A DNA stretch of 64,000 nucleotides from Bacteroidia bacterium (lineage in GTDB: Bacteria; Bacteroidota; Bacteroidia; UKL13-3): the NCBI GenBank assembly GCA_025454975.1, contig JALONK010000010.1:2217-66216 (forward strand). The letters run 5' to 3'. Shown piece by piece: positions 50,342 to 60,267 of this stretch. A model generated the notes under the pieces. That model did not search any database. It was not told the origin of the DNA and worked only from the letters and a program-made list of their open reading frames with translations. Both the position numbers and the translations under genes were made by a program. Each line of letters opens with the position of its first letter. Position 1 is the stretch's first letter.

Positions 50342-51781
50342 CGATTTAATTTCACTAACTAATTGAGTAAGCGCTTTTTTGGCATCACCAAAAAGCATGC
50401 TTGTTTTAGGTTTAAAAAACAATTCGTTTTCAATACCGGCATAACCGGCCTTCATGCTTCGTTTATTTACAATAACTTGAGCGGCACTTTCTACTTCCAA
50501 AATCGGCATGCCATAAATGGGTGAAGAAGGATCAGTTTTAGCCGCAGGATTCACAACATCATTTGCTCCCACAACCAACACTACATCAGTTGTAGAAAAT
50601 TCAGGATTTATCTCTTCCATTTCAACCAATTTATCATAACTCACATTACTCTCTGCAAGCAACACATTCATGTGTCCTGGCATTCTACCGGCAACCGGAT
50701 GAATGGCATATTTTACCTCCACTCCTTCCTTTTCTAATATCTCTTCCAATTCGTGCACCACATGTTGAGCTTGTGCCACGGCTAATCCATATCCGGGAAC
50801 AACTATTACCTTTTTAGCATACTTCATTAAAATGGCTGCATCGCTTGCTGTAACCTCCTTTATGCTGCCTTGAATGGTACTACCTGAAGCCGTTGATGCT
50901 GCTCCACCACCAAAATTCCCGATCAACACATTTGTTAGCGAACGGTTCATGGCCTTGCACATCACAATAGTAAGTAAGGTTCCTGCACTTCCTACTAAAA
51001 CTCCGCCAATCAGCATCACTTTATTGTCATATAAAAATCCGCCACTTGCCGCTGCTACACCTGTAAATGAATTGAGCAATGAAATCACCACCGGCATATC
51101 TGCACCACCTATAGGCATTACAAACAATACACCATATAAAAGCGACAATATCAATACAGCATAAAACAACTCAATGGTTTCTTCACTTGAACCCATGATG
51201 GTAAAACTACTTAATGCAACAATTACCAATAACAAACCGATATTTATAAACTGCTGAAGTTTAAACGAACGGTCTTTTACTTTACCACTTAACTTTCCCC
51301 AAGCAACAATACTTCCTGCAAATGATACCGAGCCAATAACTAAACCAATGATAATAGTGAGCAGTTGACCTTTGGGTAGTTTTGAAAAAAAAGAATAACC
51401 ACCTTGTGCATAGGTTTCCATTGAAAACCCGGATGTTAAATGATTAAACTCTATCACAGAAATAAGCATGGCACAGGCACCACCCATACCATTAAACAAG
51501 CTCACCATTTCAGGCATTGCAGTCATTTGCACCTTTTTAGCGGCTATCCAACCTACAATGCTACCTACTAATAAACCTCCGAAAATAAATGGTAAATTTT
51601 TAAGATGATTGCCGGCTGCATCGGTATATAAAAATATAGTTCCAAAAATAGCTAAGCCCATGCCGAATGCTGCCATTAAATTACCTTTACGAGCAGTGGA
51701 TGGATTACCTAAATATTTTAATCCCAAAATAAAGGTTACTGATGCAACCAAGTATATAATTTCTAACAGGTGAGTTCCCAT
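50333..51781 (-). CDS. pntB: NAD(P) transhydrogenase beta subunit
   Basis: MTAMPEMVS.FNG.GG, IGGADMPVVIS.LNS, VPGYGLAVAQAQH, HPVAGRMPGHMNVLLAE, GANDVVNP. Confidence 0.97.
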   Translation of the reverse strand: MGTHLLEIIYLVASVTFILGLKYLGNPSTARKGNLMAAFGMGLAIFGTIFLYTDAAGNHLKNLPFIFGGLLVGSIVGWIAAKKVQMTAMPEMVSLFNGMGGACAMLISVIEFNHLTSGFSMETYAQGGYSFFSKLPKGQLLTIIIGLVIGSVSFAGSIVAWGKLSGKVKDRSFKLQQFINIGLLLVIVALSSFTIMGSSEETIELFYAVLILSLLYGVLFVMPIGGADMPVVISLLNSFTGVAAASGGFLYDNKVMLIGGVLVGSAGTLLTIVMCKAMNRSLTNVLIGNFGGGAASTASGSTIQGSIKEVTASDAAILMKYAKKVIVVPGYGLAVAQAQHVVHELEEILEKEGVEVKYAIHPVAGRMPGHMNVLLAESNVSYDKLVEMEEINPEFSTTDVVLVVGANDVVNPAAKTDPSSPIYGMPILEVESAAQVIVNKRSMKAGYAGIENELFFKPKTSMLFGDAKKALTQLVSEIKSLG

Positions 51782-51803
51782 AATTTAAATAAATAAAGTT
51801 TAG

Positions 51804-52106
51804 TTATTTTTTCTTTTTAAACATTTCCAACATACGGTCGGTAACCACAAAACCCCCTACTACATTAAGGGTTCCTAACACTACAGCCAGAAATCCTAAT
51901 ACCAGTGCACCGGTATGCTCAGCTTGTCCCATAACTATAATTGACCCAATAATAACTACGCCATGTATGGCATTTGCACCACTCATTAGCGGGGTATGTA
52001 GTACAGAAGGCACATGACCAATTAACTCCACTCCAACAAAAATCATAAGAATTAGCAGGTAAATTATTTCCCTGTTTGCATAAATAAAATTGAATACTAT
52101 TTCCAT
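51804..52106 (-). CDS. pntAB: NAD(P) transhydrogenase alpha subunit, part 2 (membrane)
   Basis: VPSVLHTPLMSGANAIHG, NVVGGF.VT.RML.MF; ATG 52106. Confidence 0.94.
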   Translation of the reverse strand: MEIVFNFIYANREIIYLLILMIFVGVELIGHVPSVLHTPLMSGANAIHGVVIIGSIIVMGQAEHTGALVLGFLAVVLGTLNVVGGFVVTDRMLEMFKKKK

Positions 52107-52108
52107 AA

Positions 52109-53230
52109 TTAAGCAGTTTGAACGATTGATGGGTGAATGATTTTTCCTTGATAAGTTATAAGCGTACCTTTTGTAATTTCTTCTTCCATCTCCCATTTTA
52201 ATTGTGCATTGGATGTTAAATGCATTAAAAAGTTGTAGATGTTTTTTGCATAAAGTTCGCTCGCATTTTGTGCAAGTGTACTAGGTAAGTTTGAAATACC
52301 AACGATGGTTACGCCATGTTTAACCACAATATTATCGGGTTCACTTATAGCACAATTACCACCTTGTTCAACGGCCATATCTACAATTACACTGCCAAGT
52401 TTCATTAATTTAACTTGTTCTTCACTTACCAGCACAGGTGCTTTGCTTCCAGCTACCAAGGCGGTAGTAATTACTAAATCGGCCTGGGCAATACTTTTGT
52501 TAACGGCGGCTTTTTGCAAAGCTAAATATTCTTCACTTACTTCTTTTGCATAACCGCCTTCTACTTGAACACCGGCTGCATTCACTTCAATAAACTTACC
52601 TCCTAATGATTCAACTTGTTCTTTAGTTTCAGGGCGAACATCGGTAACTTCAACAATTGCACCTAAACGTTTGGCTGTTGCCACGGCTTGCAAACCTGCA
52701 ACACCCGCACCAAATATCATTACACGTGCCGGTGTTATGGTTCCTGCGGCTGTCATCATTAACGGGAAAATTTTGGCCATATAATTTGCACCTAATATCA
52801 CGGCCTTGTAACCGGCCAAGTTATTCTGTGAGCTTAATGCATCCATACTCTGTGCTCTAGAAATACGAGGCATGGCATCCATACTAAAGGCTGCTACACC
52901 TGCATCTGCCAATTGTTTAATTAATGCAGGTTGAAAACGATGATATAAATAACTAATCGTTACAGTACCCGGCTTCATGCTATTGATTTCATCACTTGTA
53001 GGTTGATTCACTTTTATAATGATTTGAGCCTGTACAATAGCTTCTTGTTTATTGCTTACTATTTCACTACCAACTGCAACATAAGCTTCATCGCTAAAAT
53101 TGGAATAATATCCTGCACCCGATTCAACCATACAGGTGAACCCGGCTTTTATCAATTGCGCAACAACGGGTGGAGTAATTCCTACACGTTTTTCATTGGG
53201 CCTCGATTCTTTTAAAACAAGTATTTTCAT
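52109..53230 (-). CDS. pntAA: NAD(P) transhydrogenase alpha subunit, part 1 (NAD-binding)
   Basis: PRISRAQSMDALSS, AGYKAV, GAGVAGLQA, GGYA, GGNC. Confidence 0.95.
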   Translation of the reverse strand: MKILVLKESRPNEKRVGITPPVVAQLIKAGFTCMVESGAGYYSNFSDEAYVAVGSEIVSNKQEAIVQAQIIIKVNQPTSDEINSMKPGTVTISYLYHRFQPALIKQLADAGVAAFSMDAMPRISRAQSMDALSSQNNLAGYKAVILGANYMAKIFPLMMTAAGTITPARVMIFGAGVAGLQAVATAKRLGAIVEVTDVRPETKEQVESLGGKFIEVNAAGVQVEGGYAKEVSEEYLALQKAAVNKSIAQADLVITTALVAGSKAPVLVSEEQVKLMKLGSVIVDMAVEQGGNCAISEPDNIVVKHGVTIVGISNLPSTLAQNASELYAKNIYNFLMHLTSNAQLKWEMEEEITKGTLITYQGKIIHPSIVQTA

Positions 53231-53335
53231 GAATACAGTTATGATTTAAGAATAAATGTAACATATTGTACAACAAATAACAAAACTTGAGGAATTAAAA
53301 CTGTTAAACATCAGTTTTGTTCGAAGAAATAGTTT

Positions 53336-54238
53336 ATGCTTACCATTGCTTATCATCCTATCTACCAACATCCATTGCCTGAAGGGCATCGCTTTCCAAT
53401 GCTCAAATATGAATTAATCCCTCGACAATTACTGCATTATGGAATTATTACCGAACAACAAATATTTGCACCTAAGCCTTGTGATGAGCAACACATTTTA
53501 GCTGTTCATGATCAGAACTACTGGCAACAACTAAAAAATTTAACTTTAAGTGCATCTCATATCAGAAGAATAGGATTCCCACTTTCAGAAGAATTGATTC
53601 AGCGTGAAATAATTATTGCCGACGGAACCATACAATGTGCCCTTCATGCCATTACAAATCAAGTGGCATTAAATGTAGCAGGTGGCACCCATCATGCATT
53701 TACAGATAGAGGAGAAGGATTTTGTTTATTGAATGACATTGCTATTGCAACAGTTTATTTACTTCAACAACAAATTAAAAAAAGAATAATGATTGTTGAC
53801 CTAGACGTACATCAGGGAAATGGAACTGCTGCTATTTTCAATCAACATCCCGATGTATTCACCTTTAGTATGCATGGCAAACATAACTATCCATTTTTTA
53901 AAGAAACAAGTAATTGTGATATAGCTTTAGAGGATGGTACCACCGGTGATGCTTATTTGGCTTTATTAGAAAAACATTTATTATCTTCAATAGAAAGTTT
54001 TAAACCCGATTTTATATTTTATTTAAGTGGTGTGGATATACTGGAGACCGACAAATATGGAAAATTAAAAGTTTCAAGTACTGATTGCAAAAAAAGAGAT
54101 GAGTTTGTTTTTACTATTTGTAAACAGATGAAAACACCTGTGGCGGTTGCCATGGGTGGCGGTTATTCGCCTAAAATAAGTGATATTGTAGATGCCCACT
54201 GCAATACATTTGAGGCTGCTTCTTCAATTTTTTTCTAA
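53336..54238 (+). CDS. Zn-dependent histone-deacetylase-family deacylase
   Basis: HRFPM.KY, GGTHHA, GFC..ND, DLDVHQGNGT, GVD....D..G, GGGY. Confidence 0.93.
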   Translation: MLTIAYHPIYQHPLPEGHRFPMLKYELIPRQLLHYGIITEQQIFAPKPCDEQHILAVHDQNYWQQLKNLTLSASHIRRIGFPLSEELIQREIIIADGTIQCALHAITNQVALNVAGGTHHAFTDRGEGFCLLNDIAIATVYLLQQQIKKRIMIVDLDVHQGNGTAAIFNQHPDVFTFSMHGKHNYPFFKETSNCDIALEDGTTGDAYLALLEKHLLSSIESFKPDFIFYLSGVDILETDKYGKLKVSSTDCKKRDEFVFTICKQMKTPVAVAMGGGYSPKISDIVDAHCNTFEAASSIFF

Positions 54239-54420
54239 AATTTTGTTCGAGCTATTGTATTTTAAAGAATGGTTTCATTATTTCACGCCCTCAAGCATAC
54301 TTACCTATTGACTTGTTGAATGATTTACGCGAAAAAAATTATTTATAAAAAAATAGTCAGTATTCTTGTTAAAAAGTAAAAACAATTAAATTTGAATATC
54401 TAAACTTTTTTATTGTTACG

Positions 54421-54645
54421 ATGACCAAGGGTAAAAAAAATACACCGGCTAAAAGCACACCTGCAAAAAAAAGCGCTAATGCAGCGTCAAAAGTAGCTGC
54501 CAAGAAAGTGGCTCCAAAAAAATCTATATCTGAAGAAGAGGAAGAAGATGATGATGAAAATTTAGATTTGGATATGGATGATGTAGATGTGGACTACGAC
54601 AAAGGTTTCGGCTTTGATGATGATGACGATGATGATGATTTTTAA
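54421..54645 (+). CDS. Small bipolar protein: Lys/Ala/Pro-rich N-half, acidic C-half
   Basis: 74 aa; TAAATTTG -7 element at 54387-54394; fills an otherwise empty gap; low-complexity but coherent composition. Confidence 0.75.
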   Translation: MTKGKKNTPAKSTPAKKSANAASKVAAKKVAPKKSISEEEEEDDDENLDLDMDDVDVDYDKGFGFDDDDDDDDF

Positions 54646-54658
54646 TCATCGTCACCAA

Positions 54659-55213
54659 TTATCTTCTTAGTATTATATCGTTCGACTCGATTTCATTACT
54701 CACATGAAGTGCCCTGTCTATTAATAAAAATCTCAACTTTACCGTATCAGCTTTATTACCTAAAACATTGGGCTCTATCTGTGCTTCAATAGTTCCTCTA
54801 ATTGCTTTAAATTTGCCTTCAGGTGTCAAACTCATTACCCTTAATTCTCGTCTAAGGGTATCTCCTGTAAACTCACCAACCACATGTTTATACTCACCAT
54901 TGCGTTTTTCTAAATAATCAACGTAACAATTGTAATGATAGAAGTTGGTGTTCCTGCGTGCGGGATCATTTGGGGCTGAAACGTAATTATAAGGAGGAAA
55001 AGTATCACCTTCAGCTAAACCAATATCTCCATCACCATCCTTAAATTTAAAAATAAATCCGATTAACGAATCATTCCCCGAACGGTCGAAAATCACATAA
55101 CTACTTTCAAATTCTATTGATGGAATTATCGGATATATTTCACCACCTTTGCATGCAACAAATACTGATGATACTATAAAAATTAAAATTAATTTGGACA
55201 GAAATACCTTCAT
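54659..55213 (-). CDS. Hypothetical lipoprotein
   Basis: Lipobox FVAC; P.I.F, F.DGDGDIGL, IDRA...SN motifs. Confidence 0.8.
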   Translation of the reverse strand: MKVFLSKLILIFIVSSVFVACKGGEIYPIIPSIEFESSYVIFDRSGNDSLIGFIFKFKDGDGDIGLAEGDTFPPYNYVSAPNDPARRNTNFYHYNCYVDYLEKRNGEYKHVVGEFTGDTLRRELRVMSLTPEGKFKAIRGTIEAQIEPNVLGNKADTVKLRFLLIDRALHVSNEIESNDIILRR

Positions 55214-56177
55214 AGCTGATGTTTTTCGTGCTAATGCGATGCAATTTAATGATTTAGCATTACAACTCTATCGTTACCAATTAAAGAATAACGTTATTTT
55301 ACAAAAATATGTTGAGCTAACCAAAGGTGACCCTTCGCCAAAAGCATTGAATCACCTTCGCTTTTTACCGGTAAGTTTTTTTAAACAACAAGAAGTGAAA
55401 ACAGGTGATTATATCCCCGTAACCACTTTCATAAGTAGTTCAACCACCTCACAAATTCCTTCCCAACATCATGTGCGTGATTTATCAATTTATGAACAAT
55501 CATTTTTAACACAATTTGAAAGGGTATATGGAAGTGCTGAACAGTATATATTTTTATGTTTGTTACCGGGATATTTAGAACGAAGTGGCAGTAGTTTGGT
55601 ATATATGGCTAAAGGTCTGATTGAAGCATCAAACCATGTTGACAGTGGATTTTATCTGTATGATTTTGAATCCTTACACCAAAAAATAATGTCGTTACAA
55701 AACAGCACACGCAAAATATTTTTATTAGGAGTAACCTTTGCTTTATTAGATTTCGTTGAGCAATATCCTGAAGGTTTAGGTGATGCTGTTATCATGGAAA
55801 CCGGAGGTATGAAGGGCAGAAAAACTGAATTAACCAGAAAAGAAATTCATGATATGGTTAGCTCTACAACTAAAAATCCAATAATACATTCGGAGTATGG
55901 CATGAGTGAGATGTTATCGCAAGCCTATGCTGCTAGTGGTGGTATATTTGAACCTGCCCCTTGGTTGCAAATAATTATTACTGATATTAACGACCCTTTT
56001 CAACCCATACCTAATGGTAAAACAGGGCTTGTAAATATTATTGATTTGGCCAATATTGACTCATGTGCTTTTTTACAAACCCAAGACATTGGAAAGGTTT
56101 ACAACGATGGTAAATTTGAAATTTTAGGTCGACTTGACCATAGTGAAATAAGGGGATGCAACTTATTGTACATCTAA
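55194..56177 (+). CDS. LuxE-like acyl-protein synthetase / acyl transferase
   Basis: FLPVSFFK, SSSTT, LLPGYLER..SSL.YM, METGGMKGR, HSEYGM.E, IDLAN..SC.F..TQD.G, GR....E.RGC; start uncertain (TTG 55149/55194 or ATG 55239). Confidence 0.82.
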   Translation: MDRNTFIADVFRANAMQFNDLALQLYRYQLKNNVILQKYVELTKGDPSPKALNHLRFLPVSFFKQQEVKTGDYIPVTTFISSSTTSQIPSQHHVRDLSIYEQSFLTQFERVYGSAEQYIFLCLLPGYLERSGSSLVYMAKGLIEASNHVDSGFYLYDFESLHQKIMSLQNSTRKIFLLGVTFALLDFVEQYPEGLGDAVIMETGGMKGRKTELTRKEIHDMVSSTTKNPIIHSEYGMSEMLSQAYAASGGIFEPAPWLQIIITDINDPFQPIPNGKTGLVNIIDLANIDSCAFLQTQDIGKVYNDGKFEILGRLDHSEIRGCNLLYI

Positions 56178-56189
56178 AAATAATGGCAT

Positions 56190-56222
56190 AAAAAAAGCTA
56201 CTTACCTTAAGTAAGCAGCTTT
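56190..56222 (-). terminator. Intrinsic terminator for sucC
   Basis: Minus strand AAAGCTGCTTAC-TTAAG-GTAAGTAGC-T7. Confidence 0.75.
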
Positions 56223-56243
56223 AAATAAAATTTATTTAGAAGA

Positions 56244-57464
56244 TTATATTGTTCCGCTGATTGCTTTTTGAACCAAATCAGCAGCTTCTTTTAACTGAAT
56301 TGCAGAATATACTTTTAGTCCTGATTCATCAATCAGTTTCTTTGCTTGTTCGGCGTTGGTACCTTGTAAACGAACAATGATAGGTACAGGAACATTTCCA
56401 ATAGATTGATATGCATCAACTACACCTTGAGCTACCCTATCACAACGAACAATACCACCAAAAATATTGATTAATATTGCTTTAACATTTGGATCTTGCA
56501 AAATGATTCTAAATCCGGCTTCTACTGTAGTAGCGTTAGCTGTACCTCCAACATCAAGAAAATTTGCAGGCTCACCACCTGATAGTTTAATAATATCCAT
56601 GGTTGCCATTGCTAAACCCGCACCATTTACCATGCAACCAACATTACCATCTAACTTCACAAAGTTTAAATTAAACTTACCTGCTTCTACTTCTGTTGGA
56701 TCTTCTTCCGATAAATCACGCATAGCTGCATAATCAGCATGGCGATATAAAGCATTATCATCAATACTTACCTTACCATCAACAGCAATAATTTTATCAT
56801 CAGCTGTTTTTAAAACCGGGTTGATTTCAAACATAGCTGAATCGCTGTTATCGTATGCTTTGTATAATGCGGTAACAAATTTCACCATTTGTTTATGCGC
56901 TTCACCTTCTAACCCTAAATTAAAAGCAATTTTTCGGGCTTGAAAACCTTGCAATCCAATTTTAGGATCTACAGTTTCTTTATGAATTAAATGAGGTGTA
57001 GTTTCAGCAACATGCTCAATATCCATTCCACCTTCAGTGCTGTAAACAATAATGTTTTTTGATTGAGAACGATCAAGCATTACACTCATGTAAAACTCTT
57101 TAGGTTGGTTTGGACCCGGATAATAAACATCCTGAGCAACCAAAACTTTGCTTACCAATTTACCTTTGGGTCCGGTTTGTATGGTAACTAAAGTACCTCC
57201 TAAAATATTTGATGCGATTTCTTTAGCTTTATCTGCATTTTTCGCAACTGCTACTCCGCGTTGTTCTTTACCAACAATGCTACCTTTGCCGCGACCACCC
57301 GCATGAATTTGGGCTTTTACAACCACAAAGTCGCTCCCAAACTGTTCTTTAAGTTTAAGCGCTGCATCATAGGCTTGATCAGCAGTTTCAGCAACTATAC
57401 CTTCCTGTACAGCTACTCCAAATGATTTTAAAATTTGCTTGGCTTGATATTCGTGAATGTTCAT
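56244..57464 (-). CDS. sucC: Succinyl-CoA synthetase beta subunit
   Basis: MNIHEYQAK, KAQIHAGGRGKG, EINP, NGAGLAMATMD, ANFLDVGG, NIFGGIVRCD. Confidence 0.98.
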   Translation of the reverse strand: MNIHEYQAKQILKSFGVAVQEGIVAETADQAYDAALKLKEQFGSDFVVVKAQIHAGGRGKGSIVGKEQRGVAVAKNADKAKEIASNILGGTLVTIQTGPKGKLVSKVLVAQDVYYPGPNQPKEFYMSVMLDRSQSKNIIVYSTEGGMDIEHVAETTPHLIHKETVDPKIGLQGFQARKIAFNLGLEGEAHKQMVKFVTALYKAYDNSDSAMFEINPVLKTADDKIIAVDGKVSIDDNALYRHADYAAMRDLSEEDPTEVEAGKFNLNFVKLDGNVGCMVNGAGLAMATMDIIKLSGGEPANFLDVGGTANATTVEAGFRIILQDPNVKAILINIFGGIVRCDRVAQGVVDAYQSIGNVPVPIIVRLQGTNAEQAKKLIDESGLKVYSAIQLKEAADLVQKAISGTI

Positions 57465-57692
57465 TTTCAGAAAATTTGCAGCGAAAATAGTATTATATTT
57501 TACTTTTAAGTCAAAAATTTAATCATGTAGCGATAATCACAATTAAAATCAGGGCTTTTAACATCTCACACCAATTATTAAACCGTATTATTTTCAGTTT
57601 CATTATTCAGCACCTTTCATTTCTTCCGCAGGTTATGTTGAACAATTAAACTTGCAATTCATTATATTGCCCCAAAAAGCAGGGGAATTAGC

Positions 57693-58346
57693 ATGATTGA
57701 ACTTAAGGGCATTCGTAAAAAGTACCGCGACCTTGAAGTATTAAAAGGTATAGATTTGTTTATACCTAAAGGAGAAATGGTAGCTGTTGTTGGGGCAAGT
57801 GGCGCAGGTAAAACCACTTTACTGCAAATTGCCGGAACATTAGATAAACCAGACTCCGGTTCGGTATTCATCAATCAAACCAATGTATCTGCCCTTAATG
57901 ATAAAAAGTTGGCAGCATTTAGAAATAAAGAAATTGGTTTTATATTTCAGTTTCATCAACTATTACCTGAGTTTACTGCCTTGGAAAATGTAATGTTTCC
58001 GGCATGGATTGGCAACAAACCTAATAAAGTAGCCGAAAAAAGAGCCTGTGATTTGTTAGACTTTTTAAAATTAACACATCGCCTGCACCATAAACCCTCC
58101 GAACTTTCAGGAGGAGAACAGCAAAGGGTTGCAGTGGCCAGGGCATTAATGAACGAACCTTCTGTTGTGTTTGCAGATGAACCCAGTGGTAACCTAGATT
58201 CAGCCAACGCACACGAATTACATGAGTTATTTAACACCCTTAAAAAAGAATTTAATCAAACCTTTGTAATTGTTACCCATAACGATGCCTTATCAAATTT
58301 GGCTGACCGCACCTTAGTGATGAAGGATGGTGTAATTTCTGCGTAA
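57693..58346 (+). CDS. lolD: ABC ATP-binding protein, LolD-like
   Basis: [46 protein letters not shown]. Confidence 0.8.
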   Translation: MIELKGIRKKYRDLEVLKGIDLFIPKGEMVAVVGASGAGKTTLLQIAGTLDKPDSGSVFINQTNVSALNDKKLAAFRNKEIGFIFQFHQLLPEFTALENVMFPAWIGNKPNKVAEKRACDLLDFLKLTHRLHHKPSELSGGEQQRVAVARALMNEPSVVFADEPSGNLDSANAHELHELFNTLKKEFNQTFVIVTHNDALSNLADRTLVMKDGVISA

Positions 58347-58347
58347 A

Positions 58348-60267
58348 ATGTCGGTTTCAATTCATGATATATTACTGAAATATTGGGGTTACGATAATTT
58401 TCGTCCATTACAAGAAGATATCATTCGTTCTATACTTGATGGTAAAGATACCTTAGCGCTATTACCAACCGGAGGCGGAAAATCTATTTGTTTTCAAGTA
58501 CCAGGTATGGCAAAAGAAGGCTTATGCATAGTTGTAAGCCCGCTTATTGCGCTGATGAAAGACCAGGTTGAACAACTTCGAGCAAGAGATATTCCGGCTG
58601 CTGCTATTTACAGCGGCATGTCGTTACACGAACAATTAACCACCTTAGAAAATGCCCAAAACGATGCGTATAAGTTTTTGTATTTATCGCCTGAACGTTT
58701 AAAAACATCAGCATTCAGAGAACGCCTACCATATCTTAATGTAGGTTTATTAGCCGTTGATGAAGCGCATTGTATAAGCCAATGGGGTTATGATTTTCGA
58801 CCTGAATATTTATTGATTGCTGAAATAAGAGAAATCATAAAAGATGTTCCGGTAATTGCTCTAACAGCTTCGGCAACTGAACGTGTAGTAAATGATATTC
58901 AAGAACGACTATTATTTAAACAAAAACTTGTTTTCAGAAAAAGTTTTACCCGTTCAAATTTAAGCTATGTTGTAAACAACATTGAAAACAAAAGGGAACG
59001 AATCTTACATATACTAAACAAAATAAAAGGGAGCGGACTGATATATGTGCGTAATAGAAAACAAACACAAGAGTTAGCCTCCTTCCTTAAATCAAATCGG
59101 ATATCTTCTGATTTCTACCATGCAGGATTGCCACATTTAGTTAGAAATAAAAAACAAGAAGACTGGATTCAGAACCGCACCCGAATTATGGTATGCACCA
59201 ATGCATTTGGAATGGGAATTGATAAACCTGATGCCCGAATTGTTATTCATATGGAAATCCCTGAATCGTTGGAAAGTTATTACCAAGAGGCAGGCAGAGC
59301 AGGGCGAGATGGAAATAAATCTTACTGTGTGCTATTACATCATGATGGTGATACTGCCGATGCTTATCATAAATTGGAATTAAGCTATCCCCCTGAACCG
59401 GAAATAAAAAGGGTGTACCAAGCGTTGTGCAACTATTACAGCCTTCCTGTTGGAGCTTTGCCTGATAGAAGTTTTGACTTTAACATCAGCGAATTTATCA
59501 ACACCTTTAAATTGCCTTCCCACACCACATATCCATCCTTAAAACTATTAACACAACTCAATTTAATTGCCTTTAATGAGTCATTCTTCGAACCATCTAA
59601 ACTAAAATTCATACTTCAACATGCGGCACTTTATAAATTTCAGGTTGAGCATGAAAGGTATGATGAGCCTATAAAAGTAATTCTTAGAAGTTATGGTGGT
59701 TTGTTTGATCATTATCAAACCATACAAGAAAAAATGCTCGCTACACGCATGAATAAACCGGTTGAGTGGGTGGTGAAACTACTAACTGATTTGCATATCT
59801 TGGGTGTTATTGAATATCAACCACAAAAAGATCAACCACAAATAACCTTCACTGCAACAAGAGTGGAAGCGTCTACCATTAACTTTAATAATATTTTATT
59901 AAAACAAAGAAAACAACAAGCCATAGAAAAACTGGATGCAATGGTGGCCTTTGCTGAAAATACTGTACAATGCAGAAGCAAACAGTTGGTTCAATATTTT
60001 GATGAGTGGAATACCGAGGATTGTGGCGTGTGTGATATTTGTATTGATAAAAAGAAAAAAAGCAGCTCAGCCTTAAAAAACATACATGCATTGGCGTTAA
60101 AAATGGAAATAGAACTTCAACAACCAAAAACAGTTAAACAACTTAAAGATTTGTTTAACGAAATTAACGAGGTTGAATTCACACAAGTTTTAAGATTTAT
60201 GCTTGATGAAGGCAAAATAAGTTACACTAAAGAACAATTATTAGTTTGGAAAAAAAGTACCATATAA
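58348..60267 (+). CDS. recQ: RecQ-family ATP-dependent DNA helicase
   Basis: PTGGGKS, DEAHCISQWG.DFRP, TASAT, AFGMGIDK, QEAGRAGRDG, CR...CGVCDIC Zn site. Confidence 0.93.
   Translation: MSVSIHDILLKYWGYDNFRPLQEDIIRSILDGKDTLALLPTGGGKSICFQVPGMAKEGLCIVVSPLIALMKDQVEQLRARDIPAAAIYSGMSLHEQLTTLENAQNDAYKFLYLSPERLKTSAFRERLPYLNVGLLAVDEAHCISQWGYDFRPEYLLIAEIREIIKDVPVIALTASATERVVNDIQERLLFKQKLVFRKSFTRSNLSYVVNNIENKRERILHILNKIKGSGLIYVRNRKQTQELASFLKSNRISSDFYHAGLPHLVRNKKQEDWIQNRTRIMVCTNAFGMGIDKPDARIVIHMEIPESLESYYQEAGRAGRDGNKSYCVLLHHDGDTADAYHKLELSYPPEPEIKRVYQALCNYYSLPVGALPDRSFDFNISEFINTFKLPSHTTYPSLKLLTQLNLIAFNESFFEPSKLKFILQHAALYKFQVEHERYDEPIKVILRSYGGLFDHYQTIQEKMLATRMNKPVEWVVKLLTDLHILGVIEYQPQKDQPQITFTATRVEASTINFNNILLKQRKQQAIEKLDAMVAFAENTVQCRSKQLVQYFDEWNTEDCGVCDICIDKKKKSSSALKNIHALALKMEIELQQPKTVKQLKDLFNEINEVEFTQVLRFMLDEGKISYTKEQLLVWKKSTI

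Noticed and set aside
51804-53230. pntA as a frameshifted pseudogene
   Set aside because: The split into alpha-1 and alpha-2 is a known natural arrangement; both parts have their own starts and stops and intact motifs.
55149-56177. Bioluminescence (lux) operon
   Set aside because: Only a LuxE-like gene is present; no luciferase, reductase or transferase nearby.
56184-56199. TGGCATAAAAAAAGCT with GG-N10-GC spacing
   Set aside because: Lies between convergent genes, overlaps the sucC terminator A-tract and has no downstream sense gene.
973-60127. Numerous short ORFs in the track (e.g. 23011-23367, 25001-25399, 38748-39059, 40214-40519, 50874-51164, 56467-56733, 57956-58237)
   Set aside because: They are antisense or alternate-frame shadows of confidently assigned genes, with no recognisable motifs.
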